Source: Thecamonas trahens ATCC 50062
Lineage: Eukaryota > Protista > Apusomonadida
Length of the DNA: 64,000 nucleotides
Assembly: GCF_000142905.1 (NCBI RefSeq)
Contig: NW_013657667.1
Span: 68,801-132,800 of the forward strand
Direction of reading: 5' to 3'
Part shown: in pieces, positions 10,199 to 20,263 of the stretch
Layout: each line of letters starts with the position of its first letter
How positions within the stretch are numbered: the first letter of the stretch is position 1
Translations under genes and position numbers: made by a program
Notes under the pieces: generated by a model
Database searches by the model: none
What the model saw: the letters and a program-made list of their open reading frames with translations, nothing else
Told to the model about the DNA's origin: nothing

Positions 10199-12871
10199 TC
10201 AGAATGAGGTGTAGTTGATGGAGCCGCCGGTCGGACCTTTTCTGCGCTTGACGATGTAGGCGATGGCGCCGCCGACAGCAGAAATGACGACAAACACAAT
10301 GGCGAAAATGGCGCCGACAGAGAGAGCAGGCTTGCTTGGCGATCGCCTCGCCGGCGCCGGTGGGAAGCCGTCGGCGAGCGGGAAGAGCGAAGTGATGCGG
10401 TAGTTGGGCGCGCCCGCAGCTTGGCTCCACGGCACTTTGTCCGGATGGTCGGCGAGCGCCGCGGTCGGCGCCAGATACATAGTACCGGCGACCGTCGACG
10501 AAGTGACCAGCAAGTACTGGGTTCCATACGCGCCGACGTTGGGCACGGCGGCAAAGACCACACCGGCCTTGGCAGTTGTCGAGAGCGGCAGATTGAACGG
10601 CGCCCACGTTGCGCCCGAGTCCGACGAGACATGCAGTTCGAGGTCGTCGCCGCTCGACGCCCCGTTGTAGGCCAGCACAATCGCTGTGCCGTACAGCATC
10701 TCGACAGCGGGCACGGTGACTGCGCTTGAGAGCGGGAGCGCAATCGAAGACGCGCCTGTGGCAAACACGTCGTGCATGATGAACGGTGTCTGTGGCGACT
10801 TGGGCGTCTCGGACAAGTACACCGCGTACACCGATGTCGTGCCCGCGACCGCGACTGTCGACACGCGACTGTCGACAAAGACAGGCGGCGTGTAGGCTTC
10901 CCAGCTCGTACCAGAGTCGGCTGTCTTGTAAAAGCACGCAACCGGTGCCGTGTCGATGCCGCACGCCGCCAGCAACAGTCCGTTGGCTGTGTGGCCGGGC
11001 CCTTCGCCAAACACAATGTCCTCGACCGAGAGCACGCCGTCGACTAGCCCGTTCGGCACCGTCATGAGTGTCCACAGAACGCTTCCGAGCGCAGCGCTGC
11101 CAAACTGCGCGCGGAAGAAAAACGGCGCGCGGGTAGAGCCCTCAGGCACGGCGCACGACGCGTACAGGACCGATGCCTTGGCACTAGCCGTGGTGTCGGC
11201 CACCACCAGCTTGCCGAGCTGCCAGCAGAACTGCTGATCAAGCTCGAGCTGCATGGCGTACCCGCCGTCGTGCGAGCCGTACACCGTGTTGTCGGCGACA
11301 ACCGCAATGTGGCCATCTGCCGAGCTTACAGCATACGGCTCGGCCCGGCAGCCCGGGCAGTTGACGTCGATCTGTGCGACTTGGTGGACCCAGTCGATGC
11401 TCGGAACAGCGTCGGCTGGCGGCGGCTTCTTGTCCTTGCCCACTGGCGCCGCAAGCTTCATCTGGAAGACGACGGGCTCGTACGAGCTGGCCCGCGTCCC
11501 GACTCCGAGCCAGTCCCCCACCATCCGAGGCGGCGGCGGCGAGGGCGTGGCGGCGCGGACATTCCCAGCAACTTGCTCGTCGGGCAATGCCGCGACTCGC
11601 GCGTCGACCTCGCGCTCAATAATGTCGGTATAGATGCCGCGAAAGTGGCACTCGGACACGCCCGACACCCCACCAAACACCCGCTTGGGCGCAAAGAGCG
11701 TGCCCCCGACGTAGTTGGAGGCGTAGAGCTCGCATCCAGTCCCTGTCGAGGCAAAGCCGACATAAGTGCTCTCGAGCTTGATGGGCACCATCGGAGCACC
11801 GGCAATCGGTGTGTGGACAAGAGTCCACTCGGACCAGTCGGCGTTGGAGAGCGCGCCGCCTGAGCCGGGCGACGGGAGCATGGTGAGCAACCGGGTGCCA
11901 TCAACCGACGCGCGCGAGAGAGTAGCCGACTCGTTGGGCGGAAGCACGAGCGTGGTAGTTGCGGTTCCTCCCGACGCCGCCGCGCACGGCAGCAGCGTCT
12001 GCCACGACTTGGAGATCCACGGGGTCGCCGACTCAAGAGCAGCAAACAAGTCAGCGACGTAGCAGACCACCGACGCCGAGTCGTCGGCCGCGCGATACGC
12101 CGAGCTCACCACAATGGTGTCGTCACCGACGGCCAGCTGGGTATCGAATGAGCGGGCAAAGGTGGCACCCAGCGCCGGCAGGGCGAGATCGACGAGTTGC
12201 CACGACTCGCCACCGTCTGCGGTAACAGCCAGCGCGTCGTTTGTCGCCGACGAGCCTTCTCCGATGTAGTAGCGGACGACCATTGCGCCGCGCGAGGTGT
12301 TGTACTGACCAAACACGGCTCGGCCGTACGAGGCCAGGGGATGGGTGGTGGCGTTGTACTCGAGACCCGGGAGGACGCTCTCGGCCACAAAGTCCTTTCC
12401 GCCGTCCGACGACATCCACAGCTGCGGGACCGGCAGCGGATCAGCATGGCCGGCAGTGAGCCAGATGCGATCAGAAGCCGAAGACCAAGCCATGAAGAAC
12501 GGCGCAGCCGGTTGCGGCGAGAGCGAGAAGAGAGGCTCTGCCGCAAATGAGCTGCCTCCATCGGTGGAGGCCATGACCACGGTGTTGCCGCTTGTCGTCT
12601 CCTTTCCCAGCACCAGGACGGTTGTCTGCTGTGTGGCCAGCGAGTATGCGGCAGAGAGGCCGTCCATCTTGTGCCACAGACTCCATGCTTTGTCGGCTCC
12701 GCCCGATCGCAGCAGCATGGGTGCCGTGTTGGTGGTGGTGGTGGTGCCTGTGGCCATGGGTGATACCAGGGCCACGTCGGTGGCGGTGGCAAGGGCGGTG
12801 GGGGTGGCGAGGATGGCCACTACCACCAGCAAAGCAAGTGAGGAGAGGGCGGTGGTCTTGGGGAGCGACAT
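10199..12871 (-). CDS. Type I membrane protein with Asp-box (BNR) beta-propeller repeats, Vps10/sialidase-fold-like
   Basis: Signal peptide (MSLPKTTALSSLALLVVV). Asp-boxes STDGGSSF, SSDGGKDF, TADGGESW, TADSGTSW and SSDSGATW. C-terminal TM helix followed by KRRK and a YTSF (YxxPhi) tail. Confidence 0.8.
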   Translation of the reverse strand: MSLPKTTALSSLALLVVVAILATPTALATATDVALVSPMATGTTTTTNTAPMLLRSGGADKAWSLWHKMDGLSAAYSLATQQTTVLVLGKETTSGNTVVMASTDGGSSFAAEPLFSLSPQPAAPFFMAWSSASDRIWLTAGHADPLPVPQLWMSSDGGKDFVAESVLPGLEYNATTHPLASYGRAVFGQYNTSRGAMVVRYYIGEGSSATNDALAVTADGGESWQLVDLALPALGATFARSFDTQLAVGDDTIVVSSAYRAADDSASVVCYVADLFAALESATPWISKSWQTLLPCAAASGGTATTTLVLPPNESATLSRASVDGTRLLTMLPSPGSGGALSNADWSEWTLVHTPIAGAPMVPIKLESTYVGFASTGTGCELYASNYVGGTLFAPKRVFGGVSGVSECHFRGIYTDIIEREVDARVAALPDEQVAGNVRAATPSPPPPRMVGDWLGVGTRASSYEPVVFQMKLAAPVGKDKKPPPADAVPSIDWVHQVAQIDVNCPGCRAEPYAVSSADGHIAVVADNTVYGSHDGGYAMQLELDQQFCWQLGKLVVADTTASAKASVLYASCAVPEGSTRAPFFFRAQFGSAALGSVLWTLMTVPNGLVDGVLSVEDIVFGEGPGHTANGLLLAACGIDTAPVACFYKTADSGTSWEAYTPPVFVDSRVSTVAVAGTTSVYAVYLSETPKSPQTPFIMHDVFATGASSIALPLSSAVTVPAVEMLYGTAIVLAYNGASSGDDLELHVSSDSGATWAPFNLPLSTTAKAGVVFAAVPNVGAYGTQYLLVTSSTVAGTMYLAPTAALADHPDKVPWSQAAGAPNYRITSLFPLADGFPPAPARRSPSKPALSVGAIFAIVFVVISAVGGAIAYIVKRRKGPTGGSINYTSF

Positions 12872-13008
12872 AGTGGTCGTGGTCGTGGAGGTGTGTGTGT
12901 GGCGATGGGGCGACGTGGCGACGTGGCGACGGGAGGGGGGGGGAACAGGCGTCAGGGTGGCGGGGAGTGTGGATGGAGCCAGCTTTACGTGGATTTCATC
13001 GGGCTGGG

Positions 13009-14670
13009 TCACATGTTCGGATCTATGCCCGAGATGGTGGCGTTGATGGCGGCGGCGCCCGACTCCTTGACCACCAGCATGCGTTTGGCTGGCGTGACGT
13101 AGACGAGGCAGCCGCGGGCGGTGGCGAGCTGGACGATTTGGTTAAAGGCCTTCTTGGTGGCAAAGCCCGAGTAGACGACGACGTCAGGGACAAAGACGAT
13201 GCGGTTGCGTTCCTGCTCCCAGAGCTTGATCTGGTCGGTGATGCCCTCGTGGAGCGGAAAGTAATACGAGGTGGCGATTTCGCGGACGTCAGCGGGGCGG
13301 TCGATGGCGGCCTCGTCCGAGGAGACAGCAGCCATGGCCTTCTGGGTGGCGGCGACCGAGGCAGCAGCCGACTGCAGCGGCGAGGTAGCCGAGAGCAGGG
13401 CAAGGTCACCGAGAGTGGTCGAGGTGTCGAGGAGCGACGGTAGGGTCGACATCTTGGGGTGGGCGTGGTCGGCGAGGTACTGCAGGATTTCGTCGGCGGT
13501 GATGCCGCGGCCAAATGCCGAGTTGACGACCGAGCGGGTGATTTCTCCGACCACCAGGTTGGGCAGGCGACATGTGATGGCGGTGAACATGGAGAGGATG
13601 TTCATCTTGATGACCGAGGTGGTGTAGGCGTAGAGGTGTAGGTTGGTCTCCACAATGATGTACTTGTGGTCGTCCTCGAGCTCGATGTTTCCGGTCATGA
13701 GGTGTGTGGCAAGCTTGGTGGGGAAGTAGTACTCGCGGCCGAGCGCAGAGTCAGGCGACGCGAGATATATGAGGCCGAGTGCGTGAAGGTCGAGGACGAG
13801 CGTCTGCTCAAACTCAGAGAGCGCGTCCATGCGGTACGGCTGGCCGACCTCGAGAAAGGTGAGGACAAAGAGGAAGCGGATGACCGAGGCCATCGAGTTC
13901 TCCTGCTCCGACGCGACCGAGATGAACTCGACAAGGAGGGTCCAGATCTGGGTGTACACGTCCTTGAGCAGGTACTTGAAGCCTGCGGGGGTGAGGACAG
14001 GCGCAGCGGTTTCGTCCGAGTCGTGGTCGACAATGAGCCCAGCAGCGGCGAGCATGGCCTCAACGCCAGGCTCGAGATCGCTTGACGGCGTGCCCATGAG
14101 AAACTCGAGAATGGCTTCCCACTTGGTCTCGGCAAACGAATCGAGCGTGGCTGCCGACGGCAGGTCTGCGCCGTCGAGCGACGACGGGTCGGCGTCAGCG
14201 ATCCACGGCGTCGGCGCCTCGCCAGCCAGCGCAGATTGAAGCGAGGCCTGGAAGACCGGATCAAGGCAGATGAGCGCACCAGGCGCATACACATCCTCCA
14301 GAGCGCGAGCAACGGCAGCAGTGAGAGCGTCCTCATCTCCAGACGGATCGCTGAGGCCAGCGGCCAGCGCCTCATCTAGCGACGACGAGCCGGCCTCTGA
14401 CTTGATCAGCACCATCCTGAGCAGATACAGCTTGCACAGGGCGTCCCGGGCAAGATAGCGCGACTCGACGGGCGTCCACTCGAGGACAGACCTTGCAGCC
14501 AGAGGCCCCGTCAAGTACAGCATGCGCATGGTGAAGTTCTTGGCCAGCGGAGGGAGGGCACGGAGGACGCCATGGGCCGCCCATGGGTCGCCATACAGCT
14601 GCTGTAGCGTAGCCGGTGAGTGGACAGCCAGCGAGGAGAGAAAGTCCAGAATGAATGAGGCCAGACCCAT
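13009..14670 (-). CDS. GTF2H4: Transcription factor TFIIH subunit p52/Tfb2
   Basis: LRALPPLAKNFTMRMLY, LTPAGFKYLLKD, IIVETNLHLYAYT, PNLVVGEITR, GITADEILQYL and DQIKLWEQERNR. Confidence 0.95.
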   Translation of the reverse strand: MGLASFILDFLSSLAVHSPATLQQLYGDPWAAHGVLRALPPLAKNFTMRMLYLTGPLAARSVLEWTPVESRYLARDALCKLYLLRMVLIKSEAGSSSLDEALAAGLSDPSGDEDALTAAVARALEDVYAPGALICLDPVFQASLQSALAGEAPTPWIADADPSSLDGADLPSAATLDSFAETKWEAILEFLMGTPSSDLEPGVEAMLAAAGLIVDHDSDETAAPVLTPAGFKYLLKDVYTQIWTLLVEFISVASEQENSMASVIRFLFVLTFLEVGQPYRMDALSEFEQTLVLDLHALGLIYLASPDSALGREYYFPTKLATHLMTGNIELEDDHKYIIVETNLHLYAYTTSVIKMNILSMFTAITCRLPNLVVGEITRSVVNSAFGRGITADEILQYLADHAHPKMSTLPSLLDTSTTLGDLALLSATSPLQSAAASVAATQKAMAAVSSDEAAIDRPADVREIATSYYFPLHEGITDQIKLWEQERNRIVFVPDVVVYSGFATKKAFNQIVQLATARGCLVYVTPAKRMLVVKESGAAAINATISGIDPNM

Positions 14671-15040
14671 TGCCGCTGGTGGCAAGTCGAGTGGTGGTAT
14701 CTATGTGGGTGGGAGGGGGTGGGGGTGGGGGGAGGGGGGGAGGGGGGCGGGTGGGGGTGGGGGAGAGGGGGTGTTCGAGGACAGGGTGATCGGGATGGCC
14801 ATGGCAGGGATGTGTTGTTAGTGGTGGGGGGGGGGGGGGGAAGGGGGGGTATCTTCTCGGGGTGAGGAGGAGGGGGGATCAGGTGCGATGTGATGGTATG
14901 CTAGCTGATCATCATCATCACCTTGGTTGTCGACCCCCCTCCCCTCCCCTCCCCTCCCCCCTCCCCCCCCTCCCCCTCCCTCCCCTCCCACCTGCAGCTG
15001 CACTCGGCGCGAAACACTCGACTTGGGAGAGAAGACAGGC

Positions 15041-18000
15041 ATGGGTGCCTCGCAGTCGACCCATGAGAACAAGCTATATGAGGCGTGTATGCGTGGGGAC
15101 GTCCGTGCTATCGCTGCCCTCCTTGGCAAGGGTAGGTTGCATACCCAAGGCGCGGCGAGGCGTGGGAGACGGTCGGCGGCGATGACCTTGGCGCCGACAA
15201 CAATTGATGACCGGATGGACGGATGGCCTGATGGCCGGATGGCCGGATGGACGGATGGGGCGCGCGGGGGGACTCACTGGCATGGGCGATAAGTGGGGGG
15301 GGGGGGGGGGGGTGCGGACAACACAGGTGTCGATCCGAACGCAGCGAGAGGACCCAACACATGGTCGGCTCTTCATGCGGCTGCCTATCACGGCCCGGCC
15401 GAAGTCGTCAACTTGCTACTTGATGCTGGGGCAGACATTAATGCGCTCAATGATGACTCGCACTCGCCGCTCTACGTCGCTATCGCATCGCATCAATTCC
15501 CTTGCGCAGAGGCGCTCATTTTGCGTTCGGCTCGCGTTGTCGGCGACGCCGGGCCGCTGTGGACCAAGTGCTTCACTCTCTCATCCACACAGCCGCAGGG
15601 CAAGCCCGAGCTCGCCGAGCTCCTTCTTGCCGGCGGCGCCGACCCGAACGCGCCCAACGCCGACGGCATCCCGCCGCTTTCTGAGGCCATCGGCCGTGGC
15701 ATGATCGACCTCGCCCTTGTCATTCTCTCGTGTCCAGACACCAACGTGGCCCTTCCTGACGCCGATGGCATCACCCCACTGCACTACGCCGCGTACGCCG
15801 GCTCGGTTGAGCTCGGCCACTCGCTGCTCTCACGCGGCGCGCCGGTCGCGGCTGCTGTCTCGGACGGCGCTACTCCGGCGTTCTTTGCCGCCGAGGAGGG
15901 CCACGCCGCCTTTCTCGGCATGCTCCTCGCGTCGTCGCCGTCGACCATCGCTCAGCGCAATGCCGCCGAATGGACGCTCCTCCATGTGGCTGCCAACACC
16001 GGTGCCGACAAGGTTGTCGATACCCTGCTCAAGATTGGCCTTGCCTCCTCGGCCGAGGTCTCGCTCGACATCGACGCCCGGACTGAGCACGGTACTACCC
16101 CTCTCGCCGTTGCAGCCTCCAAGGGCTTTGTCGCCATCTGCGCTAAGCTTCTCGACGCCGGCGCCGACGTCAACGCCCTCACAGACACGCATGCTTCAGC
16201 GCTGCACAAGGCCGCACTTGGTGGGCATGTCCAAGTCGGTAAGGTCCTGCTCCGCCGCGGCGTCGCCATCGACACCGCCAACGTCGACGGCTGGTCGGCG
16301 CTCCACGTCGCCGCCCATGAGAACCATCCCGACTTTACTGCCCTTCTCATCTCGCACGGCGCCGCCCTCGAGCTCGAGTCCACAACTGGTCTCACCCCAC
16401 TCGACGTTGCGCTTCGCTCGGACGCTCACGCCGCCGCTCACGCCCTCCTCGATCACGCTGCCCCCATCAGAGACCACGCGTTCCTGGCGTCCGAACTTGC
16501 AAGTGCCAACCACCTCGATCCCAGCTCTGCCCGTGCGGGCGTCCTCCAGCGCGCCGCAGATGCATGTGCCGGGGACTTGCTGCCACCGTCGGCCGATGCG
16601 GCTCCCACCCAGACATCCGACGCGCCGGCGCCCGAGCCGGGTTCGCTCGCCGCCCGCAAGGCCGGCTCGCGCCGCAAGCGCCGGACAAAGTCGATGATGA
16701 CCGACGATCAGCGGCGGACGCTGCTGTTCCTCAAGGCAGCGCGGCATGGATCGGTGGCGCGGCTGAACGCGCTCGAGTCGGCCGCCGACGTCGCGCCGCT
16801 CCTGACGGCCACCTCCAAAGCCGGCCTCTCACCGCTCTTTCTCGCCATCTCGCACGGCCACGACTCGGCGACCGCTTGGCTCCTTGCCCGCGGCGCGACG
16901 CTCAACGGAACACCGGCCGAGCGCGCTGCCGAGGCCAAGGCCACCGGCGGCGCCACCTTTTTGCACCGCGCCATTGTTCGCGGCGAGGACGCCCGCGTCG
17001 AGCTCCTGCTCGAGGCCTACACCGACGTCGATGTTCGCGACGGCGACGGAAACACGCCCGCGCATATCGCGGCGTACATGAACAACATGGCGTATCTCGC
17101 GCTGCTCGGCGCCTCGGGCCGCGCCGATCTCGCCGCCCTCAACCACGCTGGCCAGACCCCGCTCGCTCGCGCCCTCAACTCGCTGGACACCTTCCGCTTT
17201 CTCGTCCTCAACGCGCCCGACACGCTCAACGTTGGTGACGTCGCTGGCCTCACCCCCGTCGCCGCCCTAGCCGCTGCCGGCGACGTCGAGAAGCTGCGCT
17301 TTGCGATTGCTGCCGGCGGCGACGCCACCACCCGCGACGCTGCCGGCTACACCCCGCTGCACCATGTCGCGGTCCACGCGCCGCGTTCCCACGCCGCGCT
17401 CGACGTGCCGCTCGATGTCGACTCCGACACATCAGCCGCCACCGCCGCCGTTCTGCTCGACGCCGGCGCCGACGTCGATGCCACGGCCTCGTCGGACGGC
17501 GCGTGGCCGCTGCTACTTGCTGTTTCGGCTCAAGCCGGCCCGCTCGTCAAGTTCCTCATCGCCGCCGGTGCCGATCTCTCCAAGACCACCGTGTCGGGCC
17601 GGACAGCATACGACACTGCGCTGGCAACCAACCTCGCAGTGGCAGCCATTGTCGAGGCCGGGCTGCGCAAGCACGGCCTTGCCCGGTCGCCGCCGCGCAA
17701 GAAGCCGACCGGCCATGCTGCCACCATCGCCGCTACCCAGGACCTGATGCTCGAGTTTGCGGCGTACAAAGCACGGACGGCAGCGCTCGAAGCCGAGAAC
17801 ACCCGGCTCCGCGCCGAGATGCGCCAGCTGCGCAAGCTTGTCCTCCGCGGCGGCGCTACAAACATCACCAAAATCGTCGTGCCCGGGACCCAGGGTGACC
17901 TCGACGCCACCATCCGCGACCTCTCGCGCAAGGGCGGCTTTTCCAGGAAGCGGCGGCGCATCCGCAAGCGGAGACGGCGTCCCATGGGTTCCGCCGCGGC

Positions 18001-18079
18001 CTCGACCACCAACTCGACGGCCAACAACTCCATCGAGACCGCCTCGGTCTCTGCCGATGACGACGATGCCACGGCGTGA
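15041..18079 (+). CDS. N-myristoylated multi-ankyrin-repeat protein with C-terminal coiled coil and polybasic stretch. Exon1 15041..15131, intron 15132..15326
   Basis: MGASQS start, many TPLH/SALH ankyrin repeats, LEAENTRLRAEMRQLRKL coiled coil and RKRRRIRKRRRR. Confidence 0.88.
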
Positions 18080-18279
18080 ATGACTGCCACAAGTGGTGTG
18101 ATTGCGGTGAGACGTGAATAACAACGTAGTCTGCCGTCTGCCGTCTGCCCAACGCCCCCCCGGCACACCAGCTGTTCGCCGGCTCTCCGCCAACCCGCCG
18201 CCAACACCGACGCTAGCACCGACGCCAGCACGCCCACGCCACCCACACTCTCCCACCCGACACCAAGTCCGTAGTAGGG

Positions 18280-19463
18280 ATGACTTCGTTGTCGCTGCCA
18301 CGGTGGGAGCCCGAGTCGCTCGAGGGCGGCGCCATGGTGGAGCTGTCGCACGGGTCGACCTGGTACCGTGTACGGACCGCAGAGGAAGGTGAGGGGAGGA
18401 AGAGGAGGTGGGAATGAGCTGGGCGGGCGACTCATCGAGCGCATGCTATGTGGGGGATGTGACTACACCTGCGATCGGCGCCTACACCCGCGATCGTCGC
18501 CTACGCCCGCGACCCACGCCTTATGCTTGTGATCGACGCCTATGCCGACACCTATGCCTATGCCCGCTACCAATGCCGCTACCAATGCCGCTACCGATGC
18601 TCGTCGCGGACTTGGCTACCAATCGAGCCGCAACTATGCAGACTTCCGGCCACCCGCTCGCCTCGGCAGACTCGATCGTCATCTTCTTCCATGGCGTCTC
18701 GTGGTTCTCGTTCTCGTTCGACGGCCTCGCCCCTGTGGCTGCCGACCTTGTCCCGGGCGCCACTGTGGTGGTGTTTGATGGTTATGGCCGTGGTCGCTCT
18801 GCCACGCCGGACGACGTCAACTACACACCCGAGCTGTTTGCAGACCAGGCCCGCGAGCTGCTCGAGGCTATCGGCGCCTGGGGAAAACCGGTGCATGTCA
18901 TCGGCCACTCTCTCGGCGGTGGCAACGCCGCGCACTTTGCTGCTGCGCACACCGACGTCGTCGCCTCGGTCGTCCTGCTCACCCCTGCAGGCGTCGCCAC
19001 GAACATCCCGTTCCTCGGCAAGCTGCTCACACTACCGTTCCTCGGCTGGGCCGTCATGTCGCTCGCCGGCCGCGCCCTCCTCCTCGACAACCTGCACAAG
19101 AAGCGCTGCAGAGACGATTTTAACGCTGCCGATGACATGCCCGAGCTCATCGACGCCATCGTCGAGCGCATGGAGTGGTGCATCGCCGAGAAGCCCGGCT
19201 GGGTCATGGCCTTCCACAACACCATGTGTCACTACCCGATGTCCGGCGCAGCAGCCCCGTACCGTGCTCTCCAAGCTGCAGGTATCAAGACCACCGTCGT
19301 TCTCGCCGGCGCAGACTACGTCATGGACATCCCCGAGTGCCAGCGCCTCATCGTCTCTTGGGCCCCATCCGCGGCTGTCGTCGTACTCGACGGCGCGTCA
19401 CACTCGATCCACATGGAGGACGAGGATCGCGTCGTCGCCGTCCTTCGCGACCACTTTGCCTAA
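18280..19463 (+). CDS. Alpha/beta-hydrolase fold enzyme. Exon1 18280..18369, intron 18370..18641
   Basis: FFHG oxyanion motif, FDGYGRGRS, nucleophile GHSLGG and C-terminal His (ASHSIH). The GTACG..CAG intron joins ELSHGSTWYR|TSGHP in frame. Confidence 0.88.
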
Positions 19464-20263
19464 CGCCGTCTGGTACATCGCATCACAGCACATGAGTAGT
19501 TCGTCACACCAAGGGCAGGAAGTGGGGGAGGAGGGGGGAGATAATGCAAAGTGTTGCCTCGGACTCTATCGCTGCTACGTCTTTTTCGCAAACAACGTCA
19601 AACTTAAAACCGGGCAAATCAATCTGGCACCACTCAGGAGGACCGAGTCCATCAAGAGCAACCGGCTGCAACACCGTAGCGTCGCTCTTGGAACTGATCC
19701 GCAAAATGATGCGTATGGGGAAGGAAGGGGGAAGGAGGGGGGTGGGGAGGGGAAGGGGGGAGAAAAGGCGGGCGGGAGAAAACCACACAAACAAATCCCT
19801 TACCTACATTTCCAAAGCACCCGCAAGCCGCCTTGACGCTGTGTACAACACGCGCCAATGCCTGCTTGTGTTGCCAACTGCATTCCCTGCTGTCGTTCGC
19901 TGCCGCAAGTCGCTTCTTGTCGTCTGCGCCCCAGCGCAGCCCGCCAAGCCCTGTGGCAGGCCAGCGCAAAGAAAAGTCCGCATCCATCTCGGAATCCCGC
20001 CATCCATCCCATACACCCAGGCCACGCCCGGACTCGCTCGAGCCGCGCCTGCCTGTGGGAGCAGCCCATACCCCCTCTGCACCACGAGAGGTCGTGCACA
20101 GAGGGCATGGGCGGCCGGAGCCCCAAGTGAATGGCGCTCCGAGGACTGTGTCACTTCTTGTTAAGAGAGGTGTGGCCAAGCCTCGTCCCCGCCCTCGACG
20201 TCGTCGTCGGTTCGATCGAACCCGGGCCGTGCCTCCCAACTCTGTCGGTTTACCCGTGTCGAC

